NCBI GenBank assembly: GCA_964016885.1 | Contig: OZ024740.1 | Coordinates: 274,288,001-274,352,000 of the forward strand | From: Eledone cirrhosa | Lineage: Eukaryota | Direction: 5' to 3' | DNA length: 64,000 nt | Part shown: positions 1-13,463 of the stretch, piece by piece | Layout of the letters: the number at the start of each line of letters is the position of its first letter | How positions within the stretch are numbered: the first letter of the stretch is position 1 | The notes under the pieces: model-generated | The model's database searches: none | The model's input: only the letters and a program-made list of their open reading frames with translations | What the model was told of the DNA's origin: nothing | Program-made: the position numbers and the translations under genes

Positions 1-106
1 CAAGGCATGGTCAGCCGACCAGACACTGCACACAACAGGACAACCCGTCTAACCCATGCTAGCGTGGAAGAACGGACGTAAAGCGGTGATGATGATGATG
101 ATGATG

Positions 107-108
<2 letters not shown>
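1..108 (+). mobile_element. 3' end of RTE LINE (or RTE-tailed SINE) with (GAT)n tail
   Basis: Matches the 3' UTR of the RTE copy at 61565-61663 (caaggcatggtcagccgaccagacactg...aacggacgtaaa) and ends in GAT repeats followed by (TA)n. Confidence 0.85.
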
Positions 109-146
<38 letters not shown>

Positions 147-160
147 GTGTGTGTGTGTGA

Positions 161-366
161 GTCCTGGGTTCAATTGGTGGTAACCACGGTAAGTAAGGTA
201 CTTAATACATTAGTAAAGTGTAAACAACAAATTTAATATAGAAATGGCTTCTACAGAACTAGAACTGTTTCATTCAAAGGAAATCATCAGGAGAGGCTTC
301 CCTGATGATTTGCTTCAAAAGAAACAGTTCTAGTCTTGTAGAAGCCATTTCTATATTAAATTTGTT
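161..366. mobile_element. Penelope-like pLTR relic, family A, inverted repeat with two hammerhead cores
   Basis: Arms 226-291 and 301-366 are near-complementary. CTGATGA(302-308)...GAAAC(321-325) on +, mirrored on - at 267-290. Same family at 17061-17232 and 55821-55990. Confidence 0.7.
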
Positions 367-370
367 ATAT

Positions 371-712
371 CATCATCATCATCATTTCATTTAACGTCCA
401 CTTTTCCCTGCTTGCAAGGGTGGGACAGGAACTGATTCTGGCTTGATTTCTACAGCTGGATGCCCTTCCTAACACCAACCTCATTTACAGTGAGTGCTGG
501 GTGGTATTTTGAGGTGGCAACTACACGTCCACTTTGCAGTGGAATGATAGGGACCCCAGTCCCTATCATCTCATTTCTACAGCTGAGTAAACTGGAGCAA
601 TGTGAAATAAAGTGTCCTGCTCAAGGAAACAACACATCACCCGGTCTGAGAATTGAACTTACAACCTTTCGATTGCGAGGCCAATGCTCTAACCACTAAG
701 CCATGTGCCTTC
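371..712 (-). mobile_element. tRNA-derived CORE-like SINE with RTE-derived 3' tail
   Basis: Minus strand: A box TGGCTTAGTGG, B box GTTCAATTC, CORE-like block (ccttgagcaggacacttt...ctcagctgtagaaatg), then tggtgttaggaagggcatcc shared with RTE 3' UTRs and a (GAT)n tail. Confidence 0.88.
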
Positions 713-720
713 ATAGAGAT

Positions 721-772
<52 letters not shown>

Positions 773-812
<40 letters not shown>

Positions 813-3481
813 ACGTTTAACGTCCGTGTTCCACGCTTGCATGGGTTTGGACGGGGGGTAGTCCCACTTGAGGCAAGATTGGTTGTCTTGCTCGCATAGG
901 ACTGTCTGGCAGGTTTTCTACAGTTGGATGCCCTTCCTAACACCAACCACATTTACAGTGTGGGTCTGGGAGGTTTTTGCCGTGTTGCCTACACGGCCAC
1001 ATTACAGCGTGGACTGTGTGTTTTTTTGTCGTGACACCTACACGATCTCATTTGTTTCCGTCTCGATGGTGTGGCACCAACATAACTTTACATAGAACGG
1101 GGTGGGGTGGGGGGTGGGGGGTATTTTGTTAGAGATGCCTACTGGCTGTAGTAGGTTTTACTATGTATTTAGGTAAGGCGGGTCTTCTCTGTTACTGAGT
1201 ACCTCCAAAGGTCTCGGTCCAGTGACATTGTCTTGGAGAGGTGTAAGTGTGTGAGGTCGGAGTTTATCAGCTCGTCCCAGGTTTTTCTAGGTCTGCCTAT
1301 TCCGTGGCTACCATCTATCTTTATTGCCCTGCACTTTGTTATACAGCTATCGACTTTCATGCGCATCACGTGTCCATACCAACGTAGCCTTCTCTCGAGT
1401 AAACAACATCTGATCCCTCTTATTTCTAATTTTTTCCTCAGTTCGTTTATGCTTTGCCGTTCACGTATATTACTGTTACACATCCAGCGGAGCATGCAAG
1501 CTTCGTTCCTCTCTAGTCTGCGTATATCCTCTGCACACAATGCCCAGGTCTCACTGCCATGCAACATTGCTGTTCGTATGCAGGCATCGTACAACCTGCC
1601 TTTCATTTTTAGGGAGAATCCTTTAGCAGCTAATAGTGGTATAAGCTCTCTGAACTTTTTCCAACCAGTTCTGACTCTAGCTACTGTACTTTCAGAGCAC
1701 CCTCCCCCACTGCTGATTTCATCACCCAGGTAACGGAAGCTGTCCACTATTTCTATAGAACCCTCTGCGCAATTGAAAGAGCTAGTATTTGTGGGCACTT
1801 GCTGCTACTTATTGCACCAGAGCACCGGCCACATGTAAAATCTATGTTCTTAGTTAGCTTACCTGTGATCCCACTACATCTTTTATGCACCCATACTTTG
1901 CATTTAGGACATAAAATGGAGTTTCTACCTACGCCTTTCCTACACACCGAGCACGACCATTTCCCAGAAGGGACCGCCGCCTTATTTTCTTTCCTACAAA
2001 CTAGAACTTTAGTCGTAGCCAGGTTAATTTTAAGTCCTTTTGATTCTAGGCCGTGCTTCCATGTTTGGAATTTCTTCTCTAGCTCGGCCATTGATTCCGC
2101 TATGAGTGTCAGGTCGTCTGCGTATAGGAGTTCCCATGGGCAGCCGGTCTTGAACTCCTCTGTTATAGCCTGAAGGGCAATAATAAATAGTAGGGGGCTG
2201 AGAACAGAGCCCTGATGGACGCCAACTTTTACGCTAAACTCTTCACTATATTCGTTGTTAATTCTAACCTTGCTGACTGTTTCTTTATACATGGCTTGTA
2301 TAGCTCTCACAAGCCATTCGTCAACGCCTAGTTTTCTAAGAGCCCACCAGATAATGGAGTGGGGGACTCTGTCGAAGGCTTTCTCCAAGTCGGCAAAAGC
2401 TAAGTAGAGGGGTTTACCTTTAGCTAGGTACTTCTCCTGTAGTTGTCGTACAATGAAAAGAGCGTCTGTGGTACTTTTGCCTGACACAAACCCGAACTGC
2501 ATTTCATCTAGGTCAATTCTCTCTCTGATTAGTTGTGCTATTACTTTTTCTGTGACCTTCATGACCTGGTCGATTAATTTAATGCCTCTATAGTTACTCC
2601 TATCTAGGGCGTCTCCTTTACTCTTATAACAGTTAACGATGATGCTGCTATGCCAGTCCTTCGGAACAACCCCATTCTGTACGACTTAGTTAACTATGCG
2701 GGTGACCATGGTGTGTCCCACCGTGCCAGATGCCTTCAGCATCTCAGCAACTATTTCCGAAGGCCCAGCCACCTTACCCATCTTCATATCCTTGATTGCC
2801 TTACTTATTATACTCCCCTCGACTAACACTGCTGGTCCCTCTATTGGGTCGATATGGGGGAGACTGTCTTTCTCCCATTTATTCTCCTCATTTAGTAGCC
2901 TTTCATAGTGACACTTCCAAGCTACCTTCTTATCAGCGTCGGTGATGGCAAGTATGCCATCATCGTTAAGTACACACTTCTCCCCGACAATATCACAGTT
3001 TTCCTTGACGCATTGCCTAGCAATCCTGAACACCTCACGTTTTTGGTCCTCGCGTTGTAGAACATGCTTGAACTTTCTTTCCTCAGCTTCCCTTCTTGCT
3101 AAGTACACTTGTCTCCTAGCTTCCCTCCTGGCCACTTGATAGTCTTCTCTACTTCCCCCATCCCGCCATACTTTCCAAGCCTGCTTTTTGGCCTCAATTG
3201 ACCCCTCCACCTTACTGTTCCACCACCATGTTACTCTCCTCCTGCCTACAGGCCTGCTCCAGCCACAGACTTCGTCTGTCGCCATCAGCAGGTTTGCTTT
3301 CAGAAATTCCCACTGTCCCTCTATATTGTCCGACTCTAAATGTTCTTCCTTACTGTCGAAAGCATCAAGTAATATGCTTTGAAATTTATTTCTGGCTGTG
3401 GGGTCCTTTAGCTTCCATATTTTTCTCCTGAGGATAGTCCTCTTCTGCTGTCGAGTACATCTCGTCCTGACTATGAGGTCG

Positions 3482-3483
<2 letters not shown>
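773..3483 (-). mobile_element. 5'-truncated RTE-clade non-LTR retrotransposon
   Basis: RT ORF remnants plus about 400 bp of 3' UTR ending in (GAT)n; both ends abut (TA)n. Confidence 0.95.
1169..3285 (-). pseudogene. Disrupted RTE reverse transcriptase ORF with embedded PHD-like Cys/His finger
   Basis: ORFs 2686-3285, 1753-2562 and 1169-1798 give LYLAFADLEKAFDRVP, GVHQGSVLSPLLF, LYADD, CSVC..CPKC..WVHKRC..CGRC, FRYLG, RLRWYGHVMRM, GRPRKTW; broken by a stop and a frameshift. Confidence 0.93.
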
Positions 3484-3558
<75 letters not shown>

Positions 3559-4143
3559 AACAGTATAGTTAATACAAAAAGCCCAAAGATAAAATCAACA
3601 GAAAGAGAGGATAAAGTAATGATCAAATTTATCATGATGATTCTCAGGAAAAGGCGTAAATGTTATTCTGACATTTCGTACAAGGTCCTCATAAATGGAG
3701 AAATCAGGAGTGAATAAAAATAAAGCAAAAAAACAACAGCCAGATTACCATATTGTAGTGTTTTCTTACATGGCAGTGTTTGAAAGGCCAGAAGTAGGAG
3801 AAAAACCTAATGTAGTGTTCAAACCATGGAGCCAATCTTTGAGATATTTTGTGAGTAAGTGTGTGCATGTATGTGTATGTGTGGCTCTATGGGAAGATAA
3901 AGTGTGCATTCTTGGGTGCTTTGTGCTTTGTGTGTGTGTGTGGGTGTGTGTGTAGGTTGGTGTCTATATTATTGATCACTATCATGAGATTGCATTCATA
4001 TGTCAAGAAGATATATTTTGCATGATATATATATATATAATGCATATGTGCGTGGATATATATATTTATATATATATAAATATATATGAATACATATATA
4101 TATATATATATATAATGTGTATATATATATGAATGTGTGAATG

Positions 4144-4177
<34 letters not shown>

Positions 4178-5048
4178 TGTATATTTATATATATATATAT
4201 ATACAGATATTTATATATGTACATATCTGTGTGTATATATGGATACATGGATGTATTTAGTAAGTGCTAATATCTTAAAACAGAAAGAAATATATGTTTT
4301 AGAAGCTTTGGGAGTATGGCTATAGCTTTAAACATTTTATCAATTTACTTTATTGACAAGGGATTATAAACATAGATAAATGCACTAATGCTGTGATAGA
4401 TTCTTTTAAAATCTTTTACTTAAATGAAGAGAATGTAATAGATCATGTGTTTTAAACGGCAAAAATGACTCTACCTTGAAAAGCTATTGCATATTCAGTT
4501 GAAATTTCAATTTAAATCCCTTGCTGCTAAGAAAAATTGAAAGTTAATTGTGCCTGTGAAAGTGTATAAAGGTATTTATATATATAATTTTGTTCATTTT
4601 GCTCATTTCTATGTATATATATTAATATATATATATGTGTTTGTACATTAGTGTACGTGCATTAAAACACAAAAATGTAAATAAATATTTGTAAATATAG
4701 ATAAATGTTAGATATATATTTGAAAGCAATGATCTGTGATTCAAAAATATGAATAAATCCCCCAGGAGAATTGTACCACATATGTCTGGCTTACAGAGTA
4801 AAAATGTCATGATTCCTTTCAATATATTCAGGGTTATTCATATTTTTCTTTATACCAAATTCATGTTTAATAATACTTACAGTATATATTAGTTGTTAAC
4901 ATTCACCATCTTCGTTATAGTTTTTATATCCAATTTTTCAGGCTGAATGTTTTGAGATAACATTTAAAGCCAGTTGCCCTTCCTCATATCATATGCAGTG
5001 ATATAGTGAAACTATTCTAAAACCTAAACTATACATGTATATATATAT

Positions 5049-6402
5049 CCATGGGAACTCCTATACGCAGATGTTCTAACGCTCATAGCTGAATCAATGG
5101 CCGAACTAGAGAAGAAATTCCAAATATGGAAGCATGGCCTAGAATCAAAAGGCCTTAAAATTAACCTGTCTAAGACTAAAGTTCTAGTTTGTAGGAAGGA
5201 AAATAGGGCACCAGTCCCATCTGGTAAATGGCCATGCTCAGTGTGTAGGAAAGGAGTAGGCAGAAACTCCATTTTATGTCCCAAATTCAAAGTATGGGTG
5301 CATAAAAGATGTAGTGGGATCACAGGTAAGCTAAATAAGAATATAGATTTTATATGTGGCCGGTGCTCTGGTGCAATAAGTAGCAGCAAGTGTCCATTGA
5401 ATACTAGCTCATTCCATTGCACAGATAGTTCTATAGAAATAGTGGACACCTTCCGTTAACAGGGTGACAAAATCAGCAGTGGTGGAGGGTGCTCCGAAAG
5501 TACAGTAGCTAGAGTCAGAACGGGATGGAAAAAGTTCAGAGAGCTTATACCACTATTGGCCGCTAAAGGGTTCTCACTAAAAATGAAAGGCAGGCTGTAT
5601 GATGCCTGCATACGAACAGCAATGTTGCATGGCAGTGAGACCTGGACATTGTGTGCAGAGGTTATACACAGACTGGAGAGGAACGAAGCTTGCATGCTCC
5701 GCTGGATGTGTAATAGTAATATACGTGAACGGCAAAGCATAAACGAACTAAGGGAGAAATTAGGAATACGAGGGATCAGATGCTGTTTACTCGAGAGAAG
5801 ACTACGTTGGTACGGCCACGTGATGCGCATGAAAGATGACAGCTGTATAAAAAAGTGCAGGTCTATAAAAATAGACGGTAGCGACAGATTAGGCAGACCC
5901 AGAAAAACCTGGGACGATTTGCTAAATTCCGACCTCACACACTTACACCTTTCCAAGACAATGTCACTGGACCGAGATCTTTGGCGATACACAGTAATAT
6001 AGAAGACCCGCCTTGCCTAAGTACAAAGCGAAACCTACAGTCAGTAGACACCTCTAACAAAATACACCCCGGTCGCACTACCCCCACCCCATCCACACCA
6101 CCCCTTCCAATGTAAATTTATGTTGGTACCACAGCATCCAGTACGAAACAAATGATGGCGTGTAGGTGTCACGACAAAAAAACACACACAGTCCACGCTG
6201 TAATGTGGCCATGTAGGTAACACAGTAAAAACCTCCCAGTCCACACTGTAAATGTGGTTGGTGTTAGGAAGGGCATCCAGCTGTAGAAAACCCGCCAGAC
6301 AGTCCTATACGAGCAAGACAACCAATCTTGCCTCAAGTGGGAAAATTCCCATCCAAACCCATGCTAGCGTGGAATATGGATGTTAAACGATAATGATGAT
6401 GA

Positions 6403-6406
<4 letters not shown>
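5049..6406 (+). mobile_element. 5'-truncated RTE LINE (same subfamily as 773-3483)
   Basis: ORFs 5097-5459 and 5556-6002 are nearly identical to the first copy; YADD has become YADV; 3' UTR and (GAT)n tail; (TA)n flanks. Confidence 0.93.
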
Positions 6407-6466
<60 letters not shown>

Positions 6467-6585
6467 TTTACGTCCGCTTTTCCCTGCTTGCATATATATA
6501 TATCCACCCCCAACTCTCAAGTGTGAACCTAATACTAACAGTGCTTGTACTGCACTCTTCATTATTGTTTTGTTTTTTGTTTTAA

Positions 6586-6628
<43 letters not shown>

Positions 6629-6632
<4 letters not shown>

Positions 6633-7000
6633 GGAAAAAAAGGGGAGGTTTCGTTTATACATCAAAAATATTTATTGTATATTGACCTGTTATGTGCATT
6701 TCGCAGAAGATTGGCTCAAGGTAACCCATAGGGATTATGGACCTGACTCCAGTAGCGATCTGCTCATCAGACTGGTGATGTGACAAAACATGTATTTTTG
6801 TTGTGGAATGTGAGCTGAGAAGGCATCAACCCTATATTTTTGTCACATCACCAGTCAGACAAGCAGATCAATGCTAGAGCTGGGTCCATAACTCCTATGG
6901 ATTACCTTGAGCCAATCCTCTGTGAATTGCATGTAACAGTTCGATTCACAATAAACATTTTTGACATGTAAATAAAATTTCCTCATTTTCTTCCTATTAT
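6629..7000. mobile_element. Fold-back Penelope-like relic with hammerhead core on - strand (6686-6775)
   Basis: Diverged inverted arms 6629-6788 and 6837-7000. Minus strand reads CCAGT-CTGATGA-GCAGA...TCTGC-GAAA-TGCACA-TA-ACAGG. Confidence 0.65.
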
Positions 7001-8057
7001 ATACACTTTGCCTATACATAGGAGGCTTGATTTGGAACCAACACCTGTAATTCACTGTACTACCTACACTATACATATATATACATACAAATACACACAA
7101 TACTCCAAGTACTCAGGAGAAACTTTATAGAATGTTGGTTGTTAGGATTTTGGAGGGCCAGGGATGTACAGTGATGTACAAATGCTTTTTGGTGGAGGGA
7201 GGTGTCAGGAAAGGGGTGAAAGTGCCATGATAGTGAAGAAAGCTACTAAGGGACAATAGTGAGACCAGGTTGAGACCAGGTCAGCATTACCTATGAAGGG
7301 ATGACAGTGGTAGGTGCAGGGATATGTGGATGAATTAAATCAAATTTTATGCTGGTAAACAGGTCTTCAGGACAGCATATTGCAAATCCACATGGTCCCT
7401 TGTCATCTCCATCATGAGGTTCAGTTTCTTACGTTCAGTCCTCACTACCTCATACCATGTCTTTATGTGTCTGCCACTTGCATGAGTATTATTCACTAAA
7501 ATTTATCTGCATAACTTTATATAACTGTTATCTTCCATATGCATCATATGCCTGCACTGCATCCAAAGCAAAAGCCTCCAATCTACTTTTCAAATGAGTA
7601 TAATAATTTTAAAAAGAAGTATGAAACCCTACCTCAGAAAAAAAAAAAATGGAACTTGTACGAAATTTAGAAGCTAATGTTGGAGTTCCATTAAAATGTA
7701 CTCAATGTCTGCTGTAATGTGGTTGGTGTTAGGAAGGGCATCCAGCCATTGGACTCATGCTCCCAGTATGCCCTGTAAAATGATTTGTGTTAGGAAAGGC
7801 ATCCAGACACACAAACATAACCAGAATGGAAGTTATGAACAAAACATTGTCACCTGACTAATCAAGCTTAAGAACATGACATACCATCTAATCTATGTAA
7901 ACATGGAAAATAGACGTTAAATTAAGATGATGACATACCTCTAATGTGTGTGGTAATGGATGAAAATAAGATTTGTACTTGAAATTCTGAAAGAATGTTT
8001 AATTGTATAGAATCTGGTCTGTTATTTTGTATATATCCCAAAAAACTTGCTATTTAA

Positions 8058-9327
8058 AATAATAATAATAATAATAATAATAATGAAATTATTGTGTAAA
8101 GTGCTCAGGTGCACTACAACTCGTCAAAGGTGTATGTATAGTAGAATAATACAGAAATGTCAGGGAAGTACATGTGTTTATGTGTTAGCTGTAGTGTTGG
8201 CAGATCTCGGGAAGCATGGAGGCCTTAAAGGATGCAGTGTCTCGACAGCTAACAACTGATGCAGGTAGTTTGTTCCATGCTTCAGCAACTCTGAGCATGA
8301 AAAAATGTTTCGGAAAGTCCTGGGAACTGTGCTGTTTTCTTACTTTGTGGGCATGTCCACGTGTGTTAGACACATGGAAATCAAAAAGGTACTCAGGGTT
8401 GTTGTTGGCAACATGGTTAACAATTTTGTGGGTGTTTACCAAGTCAGTTGCCAGGCGTCGGAGCTTCAATCTATCCATGCCCAGGGAAGCAAGGCGCTCA
8501 GAGTATGGTAGATGCCTGATGGAGGGTATTCGCTTGGTTGCACATCTCTGAACAGTTTCCAGGCGGTCAATGTTCTGAGCAAGATAGGGGTTCCAGACTG
8601 GCGATGCAAATTCTAAGTGTGGTCGCACCATAGCCATGTACAGCCTTAAATAGATATCTGGAGAGCGGCTGACAAAGGTCTTACTGAGTGATGCTAAGAC
8701 ACCCTCGACCCTCTTGACAATTTTAGAGATGTGCCTCGTCCAACGCAAATCGCTGCTGACTGTAATGCCCAGGTCACGTTCACAAGAAGACTTCTTGATA
8801 TTAGTGCTGTGGAGGGAGTATGTTGACGCTGGGTTTTTACTCCCAAAATGCATGGTGGTGCACCTGTCCACAGCCAGCTTGAGTTGCCAGTCTGAGATCC
8901 ATTATGCATTGTGTCCAGGTCAGACTGCAAGCAAGATCTATAGTGTTCAGGATCTGTCCTTTTTATCTCAAGGTACAGCTTGACGTTGCCTGCGTACTTT
9001 AGTACTGTGGCATTCTTTAAGTTGGCACCTATGTCATTAATATATGCCACAAACAAAAGGGGGCCAAGATCAGATCCCTGTGGTACACGAGATGACATCT
9101 CATATGGTGAGGAATGCTGTCCCAGAACCGTGACTACCTCTCCTTGACTGAGAATGAAGGACTTCAACCAGTTAAAAGATCATCCTTCACACCCATTGCA
9201 GAGAGTTTTGCCATAAGCCTTTTCTGTGGCACAAAATTGAAGGCTTTCGCAAAGTCAAGGTAAACAACATCCACCTATGAGCCGCCATCAGCGATCCGGG
9301 TGATGTCCTCAAGAAACTCTATAAGTT
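8058..9327 (-). mobile_element. 5'-truncated CR1/L2/Jockey-group LINE
   Basis: ORFs 8694-9167 (VPQGSDLGPLLF) and 8185-8871 (ERDLGI, VRPHLEFASPVWNP, LETVQRCATK, YSERL, TRGH); upstream VYLDFAKAF motif; (ATT)n tail at 8058-8084. Confidence 0.9.
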
Positions 9328-9879
9328 GATCACATGCTTCAGAAACTCTCACTACCAGAACACTAGCATCTAACTTTCTTACACGTTCAAGATTTTTGTT
9401 CAGAGATAGTTTGCATGTTTATTCTTTAACTTATCATTTTTTTCTTGACATCATGATTTCAAATATAAGGCTAAAAGATACCAAATCACTGAAATAATAA
9501 TGAAATTACACTAACTGTGTTGCATATAGTGATTAATATCAAAGTGTATAGTGTGCGACCATGCTGAATGTATTACACTTTTATATGAAATTTGAGCCCT
9601 TTTGGGTAAAATTTTAAATAATTATATTTGTTTAATATTTTTTTATATAAAGTGGTCATTTAGGTGTCATGACAAAAAGCACCCAGCACATACAGTAAAT
9701 GTAGTTGGCATTAGGAAGGGCATCCTGGTGTAGAATCCAAGCCAAAAGCAGTTCTGTATGAGCAAGGTAAGGTCAACTGACCTGGCATTTCTCACAACAT
9801 GATGACAACTCTTCTAGCTCATGCTAGCATGGAAAAATGATTGTTAAATGGTGATGGAGATGATGATATATATATAATA

Positions 9880-10060
9880 AATAGGAAAAGGTCCCTGACA
9901 GCTAGATCTGAACTAAACCAGTAGTACTACTGGTTTAGTTCGGATCTAGCTGTCGAAACGGCCGGAGCTCAGCCATTGGGGTCCTGATTCTTTTCCTATT
10001 ACCCACTCTACTACCCTAAGTATCGAGTACTCTGGGCATTATGGTCCACACTTTCTTTGT
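9880..10060 (+). repeat. Family K fold-back element in (TA)n (probable pLTR relic)
   Basis: Palindrome 9897-9954. The tail tacccactctactaccctaagtat(c/t)gagtactct recurs at 18549, 38879 and, reversed, at 47002-47035. Confidence 0.65.
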
Positions 10061-10091
<31 letters not shown>

Positions 10092-10308
10092 AAATATATA
10101 TATATATCCCACCCTTGTAAGCAGGGAAAAGCGGATGTAAAATGATGATGATGATGATGATGATACATATATATATATCAATGGAAGCCCACAAGGACTG
10201 TCCATTTATTTTTGAGACTCGAAAACTGATTTGGTAAAGGTAACCATAGTAAATACAGGGAATTTTTTGAAATTTATTTTGAAACTTTTTCTTATTTGCT
10301 AAACCTTG

Positions 10309-10345
<37 letters not shown>

Positions 10346-11144
10346 ATAGGGAGAAAAAGACGATTACTAGGAAGAAAAACTTTTTTTTTTCCCTTTTATT
10401 TTTTTCTCTTTTTTCTGGGTTAGAAAATGTTTAAAACAAAATATTTTACTTTGTGTGAAATGTATTAGTGAAAGGTATTAGGTAATTTATTTATTAATTA
10501 ACAATGGCATTTATTTATTTATTTATATATTTAATAATTGTCTATTACCGGTTTCAGCATTTTATGCATTATCAAAGGCGGGGAATATGTATTGGTGTAA
10601 AATGGTGATGTTTAACATGTTAAGGAAATGGTGAAGAAAGAATAATATTTTATATATATAATTTTTAATGATTTACTAAAGAATAAAAAATAATGATAAA
10701 ATTAAAATATACATTTTTAAATGGGGCCTGTGGGTGTGTTACCCTATGCTATAGCTTATTTACCTTATAGCTAAGGCCAGCACTACCCAATATATATCAG
10801 AATACAGCTAGATCAGAAGTGTGTACTGTTATCTCAGGGAAAAAAATGCTACATTTCATGTCAGGAGACAGAAAAGAATTTTCACGTGAATATATTATCA
10901 AATCATTTGAATATTTAGGATGAATTTGTCCTTTTGGTTATGTGCAATGCTCACCAAGCACAAGAATATACACACCTATAACAAAGATACTCTAAGGTAG
11001 GGGTTGATGTCAACATAAAAAGCATCACTTGTAAATAACAGGGACCAATTTTATGAGTGATCATTATATAAATATATAATATACAGACAGACAGACACAC
11101 AGACACACACAGACACATACAAAAACACACACACACACACATAA

Positions 11145-11178
<34 letters not shown>

Positions 11179-11533
11179 ATGTGTGTATGCATAAACATTC
11201 TTACATATATACATGCACATATCTTACACATGCAGAAATACAGAGGGATATTATATTCAACTATAAACAAGAAAAAATCTTTCAATTACCAATGGAAATG
11301 TTTGAAACCAAGAGTATATTTAAAATGATTTTAGTTACATTAGTGCAAGAGAATATTTGCTTGCATATGGGATTTCCTAGAATATTTTGCTTCCTTTTAA
11401 AGCTTGCTTTTGTACCTTGTTTTGGCAAGGGTATAATTGGAAAAGCCTCTTGATATGTTGAAAGCTAGCATTTTTAATCCAGATATCTTTATAAGTTTAT
11501 AGGTGTATGCTTCTATGTACATGTCTGTATACA

Positions 11534-11540
<7 letters not shown>

Positions 11541-11621
<81 letters not shown>

Positions 11622-11634
11622 AATATATATATGG

Positions 11635-11725
<91 letters not shown>

Positions 11726-11732
11726 TATGTAT

Positions 11733-11803
<71 letters not shown>

Positions 11804-11806
11804 TAT

Positions 11807-11864
<58 letters not shown>

Positions 11865-12154
11865 GTAACTATACACACATATGTATACATTTGTAGATAC
11901 AGATAAACAAATAAAAAAAATGTAGCAAACTAGGTTAAATGTGAGTATATGTTGGTGGGTGTGAGTGCATGTATGTACATGCATATGGATACATGCATGT
12001 ATCCATATGCACACACACACACACACACATACAGACACATACATATATATATATATGTATATATATATATAAATATGTATGTATATATATATATATATAA
12101 ATATGTATGTATATATATATATATATATAGTTATATATATATATATATATATAG

Positions 12155-12227
<73 letters not shown>

Positions 12228-12240
12228 TATATATATATAT
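11541..12240. repeat. Long interrupted (TA)n microsatellite region
   Basis: Direct reading; source of the poly-YI ORFs. Confidence 0.95.
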
Positions 12241-12588
12241 GCATGTGCGTGGATGTGTATATATAACATTCACTATTGCATACACACAACAAATATTACA
12301 TATATATATATATATATATATATACAATTATATATTAACATCTGTGTGTATGTTTATGCAGTAGTGTAGAATGGTGCACTCTGAAGACATACTATTAACA
12401 ATCCCCAAGGCATCATACTCTTTAAAAGTAACAAAACTCAAAACATAAACAATCAACTGAACATGAACAACAATAAATACTATAATGGCAAACCCTCCAA
12501 GGACATTAATAAGCCTGTATTAAATATACTAAAATAATTCTAAACAACAATAATACAGCTATATTATTATAACCTGTCAAATATTGTT

Positions 12589-12666
12589 ACTACTACTATT
12601 ACCACTAACACCACCACATCCACTTCCACCATTACTACTACTACTACTACTACTACCACTAACACC

Positions 12667-12729
<63 letters not shown>

Positions 12730-12922
12730 GCTACCACCACCAGCTACACTTAGCCCCACCACCACCACTACAACTACTGCTACTACCACCACCACCAGCT
12801 ACACTTAGCCCCACCACTACTACTACTACTACCACCACCACCACCACTACTACTACTACTACTATTACTACTATTACTACTACTACTACCACCACCACCA
12901 CCACCAGCTACACTTAGCCCCC

Positions 12923-12956
<34 letters not shown>

Positions 12957-12966
12957 TTACTACTAT

Positions 12967-13001
<35 letters not shown>

Positions 13002-13027
13002 TTACTACTACTACCACCACCACCACA

Positions 13028-13107
<80 letters not shown>

Positions 13108-13172
13108 CACCACCACTACTACTACTACTACTACCACCACCACCACCAGCTACACTTAGCCCCACCACCACA

Positions 13173-13221
<49 letters not shown>
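12589..13221. repeat. (CTA)n/(CCA)n array with four embedded cagctacacttagcccc units
   Basis: Units start at 12741, 12796, 12905 and 13147. Confidence 0.9.
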
Positions 13222-13463
13222 TTAATACCGGTTTTTTTTCTTAAACTTAACATTTGTATATATACAACTATTTGCCTGCTACCCATCGATGATAAGAGTA
13301 TCAGTAATATGTGCTGAAAAATAATTATTGTTTCTACTTTAGGCACAAGGCCAGCAAAACACCCAGTGCATTACTGGTACTTTATTAAATAATAATAATA
13401 ACATTATTAATATTTAGTGTCATCATTATTGTTATCACTAAAATCATAATAATTATCATTATT

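Noticed and set aside
460-699. Recurrent small ORFs beginning MPFLTPT
   Set aside because: Antisense reading of the shared RTE/SINE 3' UTR; frames differ among copies.
1233-1733. ORFs antisense to RTE RT (also 5456-5992, 55206-55775, 60835-61281)
   Set aside because: Shadow frames of the LINE ORF with no independent motifs.
12741-13165. CRISPR-like repeat-spacer pattern (also 18993-19333)
   Set aside because: Spacers are microsatellite or identical units, the context is eukaryotic, and there are no cas genes.
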